A DNA stretch of 64,000 nucleotides, taken from assembly GCA_046259385.1 (NCBI GenBank), contig JBJYWI010000083.1:8689-72688 (forward strand). Direction: 5' to 3'. Position numbers and translations under genes: made by a program. Shown piece by piece: positions 40,206 to 50,684 of this stretch. Source of the stretch: Anaerolineales bacterium (GTDB lineage: Bacteria > Chloroflexota > Anaerolineae > Anaerolineales > UBA4823). The notes under the pieces are model-generated. The model was not told the DNA's origin and did no database searches. It was given only the letters and a program-made list of their open reading frames with translations. Position 1 is the first letter of the stretch. Each line of letters starts with the position of its first letter.

Positions 40206-41837
40206 TTAATAATCAGGCATTGGTGGGGCAGCCGGCATCTTTTCTTCTACGGGGATATCTGTGATCAGGGCTTCGGTGGTCAAAATCATGGCAGCGATGG
40301 AGGTCGCGTTTTCCATGGCGCCGCGGGTGACCTTTGCCGGGTCGATGACGCCACCTTCAACCATATCAAGATATTCCTCTTTCAGAACATCGAAACCAAT
40401 CCGTTTATTGTCTTTTTCCTTCTGGGCTCGACGGACGCCCTCCAGAATAACAGAGCCTTCTTTGCCAGCGTTTTCCGCAATCTTGCGCAGCGGCATTTCA
40501 AGTGAGCGAAGCACAATGTTGACGCCAATTTTTGCGTCATCGCCTTCAACCTTCAATTTCTCAAGAGCTGGCATTGCGTTGATGAGCGCAACGCCACCGC
40601 CCGGGACAATACCCTCCTCAACAGCTGCACGTGTGGCTGAGAGAGCATCTTCAACCCGGTGCTTTTTCTCTTTGAGTTCGGTTTCTGTAGCCGCTCCAAC
40701 CCGGATGATTGCAACGCCGCCGGACAGTTTTGCCAGGCGCTCCTGCAGTTTCTCTTTGTCGTAATCGCTGGTGCTCTTATCAATCTCGACTCGGATCTGC
40801 TCAATGCGTCCTTTGATACCGGAGGTGTCGCCTTTTCCGCCCACAATAGTGGTGTCATCCTTTGTAACAACCACTCTTTCAGCCCGACCAAGATCTTCAA
40901 CTGAGGCGCTTTCCAGCTTACGGCCGGTTTCTTCAGAGATCACATTTGCGTTTGTCAGGATGGCGATATCCTGGAGCATTGCCTTACGGCGGTCGCCAAA
41001 GCCGGGAGCCTTGACAGCTACCACATTGAGCATGCCGCGTAGTTTATTCAGCACTAATGTTGCCAGAGCTTCGCCATCTATATCTTCAGCAATAATTACC
41101 AGATCGCGTTTGCCGACCTGTACCAGTTTCTCGAGCAGGGGCACAATATCGGTGGCTGCGGAAATCTTCTTATCGTGAATCAGCAGGTATGGCTCAGAGA
41201 TATTGGCTTCCATCTGCTCCGGGTCAGTGATGAAATAGGGTGAGATATAGCCGCGGTCAAACTGCATACCTTCGACATATTCGGTTTCAAATTCAAGGCC
41301 TTTCGATTCCTCAACAGTGATAACGCCGTCTTTTCCTACCTTGTCCATTACTTCCGCGATCAGCTCGCCGATTACACGATCCTGTGCGGAGATGGAAGCG
41401 ACGTTTGCAATCTCTTCTTTTGTAGTGAGGTCAATTGATTGCTTGTTGATCTCATCGGATACGGCTTTTGTGGCAGCTTCAATGCCGCGTTTCAGCAGCA
41501 TAGGATTTGCGCCAGCAGCCAGGTTCTTCATGCCCTCAACGACAACGGTGTGGGCCAGAACAGTGGATGTTGTGGTGCCGTCGCCAGCGATATCATTGGT
41601 TTTTGTGGCTGCTTCCTTGAGCAGCTGGGCACCCATGTTTTCAAATGGATCTTCGAGTTCAATTTCCTTGGCTACTGTCACACCGTCGTGTGTGATTGTA
41701 GGAGAACCGAATTTCTTATCCAGGGCGACATTGCGCCCTTTCGGTCCAAGAGTGGTGGTTACAGCGTTTGCTAAAATTTCCATGCCGTGCTGTAAACGGC
41801 GTCGTGCGTCTTCTGAGAAGATTAATTGTTTAGCCAT
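40206..41837 (-). CDS. groEL: Chaperonin GroEL
   Basis: 543 aa. Motifs [21 protein letters not shown] and AGDGTTT. C-terminal tail ends PPMPDY. Confidence 0.98.
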   Translation of the reverse strand: MAKQLIFSEDARRRLQHGMEILANAVTTTLGPKGRNVALDKKFGSPTITHDGVTVAKEIELEDPFENMGAQLLKEAATKTNDIAGDGTTTSTVLAHTVVVEGMKNLAAGANPMLLKRGIEAATKAVSDEINKQSIDLTTKEEIANVASISAQDRVIGELIAEVMDKVGKDGVITVEESKGLEFETEYVEGMQFDRGYISPYFITDPEQMEANISEPYLLIHDKKISAATDIVPLLEKLVQVGKRDLVIIAEDIDGEALATLVLNKLRGMLNVVAVKAPGFGDRRKAMLQDIAILTNANVISEETGRKLESASVEDLGRAERVVVTKDDTTIVGGKGDTSGIKGRIEQIRVEIDKSTSDYDKEKLQERLAKLSGGVAIIRVGAATETELKEKKHRVEDALSATRAAVEEGIVPGGGVALINAMPALEKLKVEGDDAKIGVNIVLRSLEMPLRKIAENAGKEGSVILEGVRRAQKEKDNKRIGFDVLKEEYLDMVEGGVIDPAKVTRGAMENATSIAAMILTTEALITDIPVEEKMPAAPPMPDY

Positions 41838-41863
41838 CAGTATTTACTCCTTCAAAGTGGGGT

Positions 41864-42160
41864 TTATTCTAAAACGATTGCCAGCAAGTCACTTTCTTTA
41901 AGGATGAGCAGTTTCTTGCCTTCAACTTTGATCTCTGTTCCCGCATATTTGGCGAACAGAACTGTATCGCCTTCCTTGACGTCCATAGGGATGTATTTTC
42001 CATCTTCATCCCTTTCTCCTGGACCGGTTGAGAGGACAGTACCTTTTTGTGGTTTCTCCTTGGCGGTCTCTGGAAGAACAATCCCGCCAGCGGTCACCTC
42101 TTCCTGTTCAACCGGCTCGACCACAACACGATTCCCTAGGGGTTTGAGAGTCATAGACAT
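41864..42160 (-). CDS. groES: Co-chaperonin GroES
   Basis: [16 protein letters not shown]... AGGAGG lies 5 nt upstream of ATG 42160. The track ORF extends to 42208, across the SD and up to the edge of CIRCE, so the shorter start is preferred. Confidence 0.95.
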   Translation of the reverse strand: MSMTLKPLGNRVVVEPVEQEEVTAGGIVLPETAKEKPQKGTVLSTGPGERDEDGKYIPMDVKEGDTVLFAKYAGTEIKVEGKKLLILKESDLLAIVLE

Positions 42161-42201
42161 GCTTACCTCCTGAAAAAATTTATAATTTACATGCAGACAA
42201 G

Positions 42202-42228
42202 TTAGCACTCAAGGGATTGGAGTGCTAA
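42202..42228 (-). promoter_or_regulatory. CIRCE operator (HrcA binding site) of groES-groEL
   Basis: TTAGCACTC-aagggattg-GAGTGCTAA is a perfect match to the CIRCE consensus TTAGCACTC-N9-GAGTGCTAA. Confidence 0.93.
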
Positions 42229-42239
42229 CTTGTGCCCGA

Positions 42240-42268
42240 ATGATACTCAAATTGTAGGGTTACGTCAA
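42240..42268 (-). promoter_or_regulatory. groES promoter TTGACG-17 nt-TATCAT
   Basis: The minus strand reads cTTGACGtaaccctacaatttgagTATCATtcgggcacaag, followed by CIRCE. Confidence 0.65.
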
Positions 42269-42311
42269 GGGAATGAAGGGTGATTCTTATAAAATATTTA
42301 CAAATGCGCCG

Positions 42312-43757
42312 CTAGCCTTCCATCGTCCCAGCTTCCGGGGTGCTCTCCAATTCGGGGGTAGTATCCAGAGAGGGAGTTTCGGTCGGCTCAGGCGTGTATC
42401 CCCCTTCCAGCCTGCGGCATATCCCCTCACTGTCTTCTACAATGCTCATCAGGGTTGGGTCATCCGGGTAAGCAGCCCGCACTTCCTGAAGGACCCTTAA
42501 TGCCTCATCGCAGAAATTTTCTTCGGGGCGGCTCAAAAAAGCCAGATTTGTTCCATACTCGAGATAGTAATACGCGATCTGCAAACTGGTCAAAGGGAGT
42601 CCTTCTACCGCGACACCTCCAAGTTCGTTTTCCTCGGCGGTGCATCCACGCACGGCGCATTTCAACAGTGGTAGCGCGCCCTCATAATTGCGGGCGCGCC
42701 GGTATATCAAACCGAATTGACCATAGGTGTGGGCGCGGGTGGGGTCCATGTTTAATGCTTTTTCCGCGTTAATCGAGGCGGCAAAGAATTGACCCTGCTG
42801 GGCATACGTCCGGGCGATCTCAAGGTAGGGTACCGGGTTTTTAACGCCGAGCTGTTCTTCAATCTTCGCGGCGCGATCGAAATACTCCAGAGCCCTCTCA
42901 GGGCTCCGAATGCCCTCCCGGTAGTTCTGACCGATTCGGACGTACAAAAATGTCATATTGGGGGTGATTTCAACAGCCCGTTGATACTGCTGGATGGCGC
43001 TGTTATACTGGCCGAGAGTCTCCAACACATACCCGTAAACACGATGTGTGTCCATGGAGTTCGGGTCCTGGGAAACCGCCTGGGAGGCATATTTTTCTGC
43101 CTGCAGCCATTTTTGCTGGTCAGCCAAAATCTCAGCGTAGTAAGCTAAAGCAAGCGCGTTTTCCGGGTCAAGCTGAAAGGCGCGCGTTGCTTCCCTTTCA
43201 GCATCTATCAGGATTTCTTCTCGCTCCGAATCTGAATGTAAAGGATTATAAGCATACCAATCCAGAACAAATGCCCGGATGGCATGATTGAGACTGTCAT
43301 CCGGATCTTTTTCAACCGCCATGTCTGCGGATTCCAGGGCTTCTTCAAGGCGCTGGAGCCGGTCGGCGTCGCTGGGGAGCATGTTGGAAGAGTATGCCTG
43401 GATGCGGGCTAATTCTGCCCAAGCTTTCGCGTTATCCGGGTCTTCCTCAAGCGCAGCTTTGTAGGCATCAATAGCATCGTTGATGGGGGGTGTATCCTGG
43501 CTGGCAGCAGCGCTGCTGCTCGGGTCATCGAGTTTTCCAGCTTCGAAGTATGCCTGCGCTTCAAGGAAAAGCGAATCCGCCATCCTGGTGGGGGTTGGGG
43601 TGGGTTCAAACGGGGATTTGAGTTCACCGCGCTGGACTCTCAACAGAAGCCAGAGACTGGCAAGAATTAAAGCCAGTAAAAACGAGATTCTGAAGAGATT
43701 CAGCCCCTTGCGCCTTGGGCGGAAGGTGGGCCGTTTGCCCACTATTTTGCGTTCCAT
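42312..43757 (-). CDS. Single-pass membrane-anchored TPR-repeat protein
   Basis: 481 aa. Basic N-terminus, one TM helix and a PTPTPT linker, followed by multiple TPR-like repeats (AYKAALEEDPDNAKAWAELARI...). The ATG shares a base with the upstream gene's stop (TGATG). Confidence 0.85.
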   Translation of the reverse strand: MERKIVGKRPTFRPRRKGLNLFRISFLLALILASLWLLLRVQRGELKSPFEPTPTPTRMADSLFLEAQAYFEAGKLDDPSSSAAASQDTPPINDAIDAYKAALEEDPDNAKAWAELARIQAYSSNMLPSDADRLQRLEEALESADMAVEKDPDDSLNHAIRAFVLDWYAYNPLHSDSEREEILIDAEREATRAFQLDPENALALAYYAEILADQQKWLQAEKYASQAVSQDPNSMDTHRVYGYVLETLGQYNSAIQQYQRAVEITPNMTFLYVRIGQNYREGIRSPERALEYFDRAAKIEEQLGVKNPVPYLEIARTYAQQGQFFAASINAEKALNMDPTRAHTYGQFGLIYRRARNYEGALPLLKCAVRGCTAEENELGGVAVEGLPLTSLQIAYYYLEYGTNLAFLSRPEENFCDEALRVLQEVRAAYPDDPTLMSIVEDSEGICRRLEGGYTPEPTETPSLDTTPELESTPEAGTMEG

Positions 43758-45013
43758 CAGGACTCGGATTCTTCGGTAGGAGTTTCTTCTATCACCGGTT
43801 CCGTGGGTGGGGTTTCAGCGTTCGCCTGGCAGACAGCCAGACCTTCATTGGCGTTGTAAACTGCGATCTCGTCCTCGGGAACGCCGACAAGCAGTTCCTG
43901 GAAGACGGGTATTGCTTCAGCGCAGCGATTCAATCGAGCCAGGGCGAACCCGTAGTACCAGTAATATTCTTCCACCCGGCCATATTCCAACGGTACACCC
44001 TCAACGACTACTCCATCTTCAGACACGCCGCCGCGCACTGCCAGTGCAAGTGATTCCACCGCTTTGTCGAATTCATTATTTTTATAATAAACAATTCCCA
44101 GGTTGCCGTGCAAGCGAGGATTGTTTTGTTCGACTTCTATAGCTTCTTCGGCATACTGGGCTGCCTGCGCGTAGCGCCCGTCTGCGAAATAGGCTCGCGA
44201 GAGCTCGGTAAGCGCGACCGGGTCATATGGGTTGAGCGCATACCCTGCAAGCAAAACCTCTTGAGCCTGTTCGAGCTGCCCGAGGGCTTTGTAGGTCACG
44301 CCCAGGTAAAGGTGCAGATTGGCTATATTTTTGTTGATCGCGATAGCTGCCTGGAATTCATCCACCGCCTGTTCAAGATTCTGGGTATTAAAAAGCACGA
44401 TACCGCGAATGCGGTGGGTCTCGAGTAATGTGGGGTCGAGTTCCTGGGCGATTTTTGATTCATTGGCGGCTTTTTCGTATAGCCCAAAATCGTTTTGATT
44501 TATTAATATCTCTGCGTAGTACGCGTGCGCCAAGGCATTATTCGGATCCAATTCAAGCGCTTTTTTGATTTCAACTTCGGCTTCAGCAAATTTCTCTTGG
44601 AATCCAAGTGCCCAACCCTGAACAGCGTGCGCGAGAGGGTTATTGGGATTTTGCAGCAGCGCATTCTGGGCGTTCATGACTGCTTCTTCATACTCGCCCA
44701 TCCAAACTTGAATGCGGGCTAGGTTAATATAGTTGGATGAATTTTCCGGGTTGACCCTGATAGCTTCTTTGTAGGCATCCATAGCCTGAGTCAGTTTGCC
44801 CTCTTCAAACAGGTCGGAAGCTTGGTTTATGAAAGACTCCGGGCTTTTTGTTGGGGTCGAGGTTGGCACGAACAGGGGAGGTGTCGCCGGAACTACAACC
44901 TGGTTAATGTACAGAGCTGCGCCGATTAATATTAAAAGGAGAACAATGCGGAACCAGTTTGGGCGGCGCCTGGGCTTGCGGGTCATATTCAATTTGTTTC
45001 CGCGCAAATACAT
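43757..45013 (-). CDS. Single-pass membrane-anchored TPR-repeat protein (paralog of the downstream gene)
   Basis: 418 aa. KPRRRPNWFRIVLLLILIGAALY anchor, a PTSTPT linker and TPR repeats (AYKEAIRVNPENSSNYINLARI..., ELDPNNALAHAYYAEIL). Confidence 0.85.
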   Translation of the reverse strand: MYLRGNKLNMTRKPRRRPNWFRIVLLLILIGAALYINQVVVPATPPLFVPTSTPTKSPESFINQASDLFEEGKLTQAMDAYKEAIRVNPENSSNYINLARIQVWMGEYEEAVMNAQNALLQNPNNPLAHAVQGWALGFQEKFAEAEVEIKKALELDPNNALAHAYYAEILINQNDFGLYEKAANESKIAQELDPTLLETHRIRGIVLFNTQNLEQAVDEFQAAIAINKNIANLHLYLGVTYKALGQLEQAQEVLLAGYALNPYDPVALTELSRAYFADGRYAQAAQYAEEAIEVEQNNPRLHGNLGIVYYKNNEFDKAVESLALAVRGGVSEDGVVVEGVPLEYGRVEEYYWYYGFALARLNRCAEAIPVFQELLVGVPEDEIAVYNANEGLAVCQANAETPPTEPVIEETPTEESES

Positions 45014-45019
45014 GCATTC

Positions 45020-45049
45020 ATATTACCATTCCAAAAGAATTGAAGTCAA
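45020..45049 (-). promoter_or_regulatory. Promoter TTGACT-18 nt-(TGg)TAATAT ending 6 nt before ATG 45013
   Basis: The minus strand reads cTTGACTtcaattcttttggaaTGgTAATATgaatgcATG. No SD is possible, so a leaderless mRNA is predicted. Confidence 0.55.
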
Positions 45050-45200
45050 GCAGGATGGGGTCGCACCGACCCAATTGTAAACTGCCCTTAAAGAGAGATT
45101 TGACTATCCTTAACAATTGTGGTTTTTCTTGCTATGATTTGTATACTTCGCCAGCAGAACTATTACCGTTGAAAAGTTTGTATTCCAAAAGGAGCATATT

Positions 45201-46034
45201 GTGGGTTCAATTAAACCGGTCGATATTCATTCCGGGGGGGAAGCGAAGTGGAGGTTGGTATTTGAGGTCTTCACTTTATTTCCGGGGGTATTTAAGCCTT
45301 ATCTCGAGGCCAGCATACTGCAGAAAGCGCGCGAGCGAGGATTTGTGAAAGTAAATTTACACAATATTCGTGATTGGACTTCAGACCGCCATCACGTTAC
45401 AGATGATGTGCCTTACGGCGGCGGCGGCGGGATGGTAATGAAACCGGAACCTATATTTGCAGCGGTTGAGGGTGTTCTGGGCAACCGGGTGGAATGTCCG
45501 CTCATCCTGCTCACTCCACAGGGCAGGTTATTCACGCAGTCGGTTGCGGAGGAGTTGGTAATAAAAGCTGGCCAGGGTTCACAGCTAGACGTGGATAACC
45601 TGGAAGAGCGCCAGCTGGGTTTGATCTGTGGCAGGTACGAAGGCGTTGACGAGCGTGTGCGGATCTATCTGGCGAGCGATGAGCTCTCGATTGGCGATTA
45701 TGTGCTTACAGGTGGAGAACTAGGGGCTATGGTAGTGATAGATGCGCTCGTGCGGTTGATCCCAGGCGTGCTTGGCGATCCCCAGGCAACTGCAAAGGAT
45801 TCCCATTCAAGCGGACTGCTCGAGCACCCTCAATATACCCGGCCAGCGGAGTTCCGGGGATGGCAGGTGCCGGATGTGTTGCTCTCAGGCGACCACGCCA
45901 GAATTGGAGAATGGCGCAGACAGCAGGCGTTAAGAAGGACCCTCGAGCGGCGACCGGAATTGCTGGATACAGCCCAATTAACGGAGAGCGACTTCCAGTT
46001 TCTGAAAAAAATCAGGGGTTCTGAACTCCCCTGA
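45201..46034 (+). CDS. trmD: tRNA (guanine37-N1)-methyltransferase
   Basis: 277 aa. Motifs [24 protein letters not shown] and [11 protein letters not shown]. The GTG start has AAGGAG 6 nt upstream. Contains an insertion of about 15 aa ([17 protein letters not shown]) before the GRYEG motif. Confidence 0.93.
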   Translation: MGSIKPVDIHSGGEAKWRLVFEVFTLFPGVFKPYLEASILQKARERGFVKVNLHNIRDWTSDRHHVTDDVPYGGGGGMVMKPEPIFAAVEGVLGNRVECPLILLTPQGRLFTQSVAEELVIKAGQGSQLDVDNLEERQLGLICGRYEGVDERVRIYLASDELSIGDYVLTGGELGAMVVIDALVRLIPGVLGDPQATAKDSHSSGLLEHPQYTRPAEFRGWQVPDVLLSGDHARIGEWRRQQALRRTLERRPELLDTAQLTESDFQFLKKIRGSELP

Positions 46035-46039
46035 TCATT

Positions 46040-46783
46040 TTGAGATTAAGTTTGATCCTGGAACCAGAGGCGATCGTCCTGCATATAGATGAAAATCTGC
46101 TGGTGGTAAACAAGCCGGCTGGAATTACTGTGACCCAGGACGGTTATTACCCGGAGAAGATTTTCCTCAAAAAGGCGCTCGAATCAGCTTTCGGGAGGAT
46201 ATGGGTGGTTCACAGGCTTGACCGCCAGACAAGCGGGGTGATCGTATTCGCCCGGAACCCGGATTACCACCGCAGGTTAAATGAACAATTTCAAAAACGG
46301 AATATCCAGAAGATATACCATGCTTTGGTTATAGGAACACCTCCGTGGGATTCAAAGACGGTTGATCTGGCTTTGCTGGCGGATGGTGACCGGCAACATA
46401 GAACAGTGGTGGATAGTCAGCGCGGTAAGCCGGCTGTAACCGAACTTTTTATCAGGGAATCATATAAGGGCTGGGCACTGGTAGAGGTTATGCCGCGCAC
46501 AGGACGCACTCACCAGATACGAGCTCACCTGAAAGCGGCTGGCTACCCGGCAGCATGTGACCCGCTCTATGGCGATGGAAAACCGATTTATCTTTCAAAT
46601 TTAAAATCTAATTACCAGAAAGGGGATAAACCTGAGAAGCCACTGCTCGATAGAGTTGGATTGCATGCGTTAAAGTTATATATACCCGCAGGAGAGTTAA
46701 AGGGCACTCTGGAATTCACGGCTCCTTACCAGGATGATTTTAAAAAAGTGCTGCGCCAGCTTCGCAAATACTTACCTGGGTAG
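46040..46783 (+). CDS. RluA-family pseudouridine synthase (no S4 domain)
   Basis: 247 aa. Motifs LLVVNKPAG and VHRLDRQTSGVIVFAR (catalytic Asp). TTG start 5 nt after the trmD stop. Confidence 0.88.
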   Translation: MRLSLILEPEAIVLHIDENLLVVNKPAGITVTQDGYYPEKIFLKKALESAFGRIWVVHRLDRQTSGVIVFARNPDYHRRLNEQFQKRNIQKIYHALVIGTPPWDSKTVDLALLADGDRQHRTVVDSQRGKPAVTELFIRESYKGWALVEVMPRTGRTHQIRAHLKAAGYPAACDPLYGDGKPIYLSNLKSNYQKGDKPEKPLLDRVGLHALKLYIPAGELKGTLEFTAPYQDDFKKVLRQLRKYLPG

Positions 46784-46856
46784 ATACATGGGACGGCAAA
46801 TTGTCCCTAGGATGTTAAATCCTTATTAGAATCTGGCGCTTCGCTGGGGGGATTTC

Positions 46857-46885
46857 TTGACTGCCATAAACCGGCATGGTATCAT
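46857..46885 (+). promoter_or_regulatory. hrcA operon promoter TTGACT-17 nt-TATCAT
   Basis: -35 at 46857-46862 and -10 at 46880-46885, with CIRCE starting 13 nt downstream. Same -10 hexamer and spacing as the groES promoter. Confidence 0.65.
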
Positions 46886-46898
46886 CATATTCGAGGTA

Positions 46899-46925
46899 TT
46901 AGCACTCTCTTATTGAGAGTGCTAA
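46899..46925 (+). promoter_or_regulatory. CIRCE operator of hrcA-grpE-dnaK-dnaJ
   Basis: TTAGCACTC-tcttattga-GAGTGCTAA is a perfect match to the consensus. Confidence 0.93.
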
Positions 46926-46939
46926 TATATATAGGATAG

Positions 46940-47980
46940 ATGAACGATCTCACCGAACGTCAAAGGATGATCCTGGCCCTGATAATCCGGGATTATATTG
47001 ATTCAGCCCAACCAGTTGGTTCAAAACGGCTGGTGGACACATATGGTCTGAAAGTAAGCTCAGCTACTGTGCGCAATGAGATGCTCGCGCTTTCTGATCT
47101 GGGTTACCTCAGGCAGCCGCACACCTCCGCTGGACGCGTACCAACCGAGGAAGGTTACCGCTATTTTGTGGGTCAATTGATGGGACACACCGAACTTCCG
47201 GTAGAAACGAGGCGCACGATTGTTCACCAGTTCTACCAGGCAGGGATGGATGTTGACCGCTGGATGCGCCTGGCTGCTTCTGTGCTTGCCCACCAATCCC
47301 AAGCGGCATCGCTGGTAACAGCACCCCATTCCGACCGGGTGGTTTTCAAGCATCTGGAATTAATCAGTACCCTAGGCAGGCAGGTATTGATGGTGCTGGT
47401 TCTATCTGGCGGGGAAGTAAGCCAGCAGATGCTGACCTTGGCTGAACCTGTGTCACAGGATCGCCTTAGCGAGGCAACCCAGGCGCTGAATGCGTTATTG
47501 AGCGGATTGGACACTGAGTCAATCTCCTCACTATCTCTTAAACTGGATGCACTGGAAGGAGATATCGTCAGATTGGTTCTGGATGATATGCGTCGGGCGG
47601 GTAAAGTGCTGGCGGGAGAAGTATATCGAGACGGGCTTACTCGGGTGCTGTCCGAACCGGAATTTGAAGAAGCGGATTTCGCACGCAACGCGCTGAGAAT
47701 TTTTGAAGAAAGGCCTCTCCTTGAAGATTTGCTTAACCGCACTGTTTTGTCAAGTGATGTGAGTGGTGTTCAGGTTGTAATCGGAGGCGAAGGCACATGG
47801 GAAGAATTGAGAAATTTTTCAATGGTTCTTTCTCGCTATGGTTCTCCCGGGATAATGACTGGAACTCTGGGAGTTTTGGGTCCAATCCGGATGCCTTACG
47901 GGCGGACCATATCAACGGTCCGTTTTGTGGCGAGTTTATTAAGCGAACTTGTTGAGGATAAATTTTCCGAACAGATCTAA
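46940..47980 (+). CDS. hrcA: Heat-inducible transcription repressor HrcA
   Basis: 346 aa. N-terminal wHTH LTERQRMILALIIRDYIDSAQPVGSKRL...SSATVRNEMLALSDLGYLRQPHTSAGRVPT. Confidence 0.95.
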   Translation: MNDLTERQRMILALIIRDYIDSAQPVGSKRLVDTYGLKVSSATVRNEMLALSDLGYLRQPHTSAGRVPTEEGYRYFVGQLMGHTELPVETRRTIVHQFYQAGMDVDRWMRLAASVLAHQSQAASLVTAPHSDRVVFKHLELISTLGRQVLMVLVLSGGEVSQQMLTLAEPVSQDRLSEATQALNALLSGLDTESISSLSLKLDALEGDIVRLVLDDMRRAGKVLAGEVYRDGLTRVLSEPEFEEADFARNALRIFEERPLLEDLLNRTVLSSDVSGVQVVIGGEGTWEELRNFSMVLSRYGSPGIMTGTLGVLGPIRMPYGRTISTVRFVASLLSELVEDKFSEQI

Positions 47981-48028
47981 ACTTTTTCATATATAGAACA
48001 ACATTTTGTAAGGAGTTTCAAATACGAA

Positions 48029-48637
48029 ATGACTGATCAAAGAGCAAAAGATGAAATTAAGAAAAATGGGATGGCTGAACTTGAAGATCAAGATGAGCCA
48101 GATGTGGATTCAAACCATGCTTCCGCGGGTGACGAATTAATAGAAGTTGAACAATCCGGTGACACACCGGAAAGCCCGGAGGAACTGACCCGGGAGTTAG
48201 CGGATACCCGCGAAAAAGCGCAGGAATACCTTGATGGCTGGCAACGTTCCCGGGCTGAATTTGTTAATTATAAAAAAAGGAAAGAGAAAGAGCAGGCGGA
48301 ATCATACCAGTATATGAAGGGTGAAATCATCAAACAATACCTGGAGGTAATCGACGACCTGGAAAGGGCTTTGAACAACCGGTCTGAGGAAGTAAACATC
48401 GCTGAGTGGACAAACGGTATTGAGTTAATCTACCGGAAAATGCTGAAAATTCTTGAATCTGAAGGTGTGACTGTGATGGAAAGCGAGGATGGGATGTTTA
48501 ATCCAAACCTGCACGAAGCGATTTCTTCAGAGGCAAGCGATGAGTTCGACAGCGGAGAGATTATTGAGGTCGTCAAAAAGGGTTATTTGATCAATGACCG
48601 GGTGTTGCGCCCGGCGCAGGTAAGAGTTGCAAGATAA
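48029..48637 (+). CDS. grpE: Nucleotide exchange factor GrpE
   Basis: 202 aa. Acidic N-terminus, WQRSRAEFVNYKKR motif and C-terminal GYLINDRVLRPAQVRV. Confidence 0.95.
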   Translation: MTDQRAKDEIKKNGMAELEDQDEPDVDSNHASAGDELIEVEQSGDTPESPEELTRELADTREKAQEYLDGWQRSRAEFVNYKKRKEKEQAESYQYMKGEIIKQYLEVIDDLERALNNRSEEVNIAEWTNGIELIYRKMLKILESEGVTVMESEDGMFNPNLHEAISSEASDEFDSGEIIEVVKKGYLINDRVLRPAQVRVAR

Positions 48638-48706
48638 ACCGGGAAATCTGGATTATAAAAATACTTTACTTTATCCTTTTTAACCAGGAATCATGGAGGA
48701 AAATAA

Positions 48707-50614
48707 ATGTCAAAGATAATAGGAATCGATCTGGGAACAACAAACTCAGTGGTGGCGATAATGGAAGGCGGGGAACCGACCGTTATCCCTTCTGCGGAAG
48801 GGGAACGTCTCATTCCATCGGTGGTCGCAATCAGTAAGAACAACGAGCGCCTGATCGGACGGGTGGCGCGTAACCAAGCGGTTGTCAACCCCGAGAATAC
48901 AATTTTTTCCATAAAACGATTTATGGGACGCAAGTTTAATGACCCGGAAGTGCAACGAACCGTATCAAGGGTACCTTATAAAGTAACCGAAGCGCCGAAT
49001 GGGGATGTACGCGTGATTCTGGGCGGGAAGGAGTACTCACCGCCAGAGATATCTGCAATGATACTTGGAAAACTGAAAGCAGATGCGGAAGCATATCTAG
49101 GTGAAAGTGTGACCCGGGCTGTGATCACAGTCCCGGCATACTTCAACGACGCCCAGCGGAATGCAACAAAGGATGCCGGAAAAATTGCCGGCCTTGAGGT
49201 GCTCAGGATCATTAACGAGCCTACTGCTTCTTCGCTAGCATATGGCCTCGATAAGAAAGCGGATGAGAACATTGCGGTTTATGACCTCGGCGGCGGTACC
49301 TTTGATATATCTATACTGGATGTTGGAGATGGAGTCTTTCAGGTGCGGTCGACCAATGGTGATACTTTCTTGGGCGGGGATGATTTTGATTTGCGTGTTA
49401 TCGATTATCTGGCGGATGAATATAAAAAAGAGAACGGAATCGACCTTCGCGAAGACCGCCAGGCGCTGCAGCGTCTGCGTGAAGCAGCCGAGAAGGCGAA
49501 GATTGAATTATCCAGCATGATGCAGACGGAGATTAACCTGCCTTATATCACAGCCGATGCAAGTGGACCCAAACATCTTGTTACCACACTGACCCGGTCT
49601 AAACTGGAGCAGCTGACAGGCGACCTGGTTGAGAAGTCGATCGGACCGGTAAAGCAAGCCCTAAAAGACGCAGATATGGAGACATCTGGTATCAATGAAG
49701 TGATCCTGGTTGGCGGCATGACACGTATGCCTGCAGTACAGGAAGCGGTTCGGAAACTGTTCAATAAAGAGCCGCATAAAGGTGTGAATCCGGATGAGGT
49801 CGTTTCAATAGGTGCTGCAATTCAGGCAGGCGTGCTGGGTGGAGAGGTTAAAGATATTCTGCTGCTGGACGTTACCCCTTTAACGCTTTCAATTGAAACG
49901 CTTGGCGAAATCGCTACGCCGCTAATTGAGCGGAATACAACCATTCCCACCAAGAAGAGTCAGGTCTTTTCCACTGCAGCGGATAACCAATCCCAGGTGG
50001 AAATAAACGTCCTGCAGGGCGAACGCCCGATGGCAAGAGATAATAAATCCCTGGGTCGATTTGTATTGGACGGTATCCCTCCTGCGCCGCGCGGCATCCC
50101 TCAAATTGAGGTCACCTTCGATATTGATGCCAACGGCATTCTTAAAGTGACTGCCCTGGATAAGGCGACCGGACGCAGCCAGCATATAACAATCACAGCC
50201 TCTTCTGGATTGTCGGATGAGGAAGTCGAGCAAATGCGCAAGGATGCGGAGAAGCATACCGAGGAAGATCAGAAGAAAAAAGAACTGGTGGAAGCCCGAA
50301 ATAACGCGGACAACAGCGCATACGGTGCTGAAAAAGTTCTGAAGGATCTAGGCGATAAAGTACCGGAAGATATGAAGACAAGAGTTGAAGCAGGCGTTGA
50401 AAAAGTCCGCAGCGCGATGGAAAGCGAGGATGCTGAAACCATAAAAAAGGCGACGGACGAGCTGAACGAGCTGATCCAGCAGATAGGAGCCGCCGCTTAC
50501 CAGCAGGCTGAACCTGAAGCGGGCGCCGGTACAGAACCTGGAGCGGAGACAACAAAGGAGGGGGAAGCGCCGGATGACGAGGATGTTGTCGACGGTGAAT
50601 TTCAGGAAGCTTAA
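48707..50614 (+). CDS. dnaK: Molecular chaperone DnaK (Hsp70)
   Basis: 635 aa. Motifs [19 protein letters not shown] and [10 protein letters not shown]. Confidence 0.98.
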   Translation: MSKIIGIDLGTTNSVVAIMEGGEPTVIPSAEGERLIPSVVAISKNNERLIGRVARNQAVVNPENTIFSIKRFMGRKFNDPEVQRTVSRVPYKVTEAPNGDVRVILGGKEYSPPEISAMILGKLKADAEAYLGESVTRAVITVPAYFNDAQRNATKDAGKIAGLEVLRIINEPTASSLAYGLDKKADENIAVYDLGGGTFDISILDVGDGVFQVRSTNGDTFLGGDDFDLRVIDYLADEYKKENGIDLREDRQALQRLREAAEKAKIELSSMMQTEINLPYITADASGPKHLVTTLTRSKLEQLTGDLVEKSIGPVKQALKDADMETSGINEVILVGGMTRMPAVQEAVRKLFNKEPHKGVNPDEVVSIGAAIQAGVLGGEVKDILLLDVTPLTLSIETLGEIATPLIERNTTIPTKKSQVFSTAADNQSQVEINVLQGERPMARDNKSLGRFVLDGIPPAPRGIPQIEVTFDIDANGILKVTALDKATGRSQHITITASSGLSDEEVEQMRKDAEKHTEEDQKKKELVEARNNADNSAYGAEKVLKDLGDKVPEDMKTRVEAGVEKVRSAMESEDAETIKKATDELNELIQQIGAAAYQQAEPEAGAGTEPGAETTKEGEAPDDEDVVDGEFQEA

Positions 50615-50684
50615 ATAGAGACCAGAACCCTAAGCCGCAGTTAAAGCTGTACAGAGCGGGATCTGGAGCCTGGGCATTTGATCC

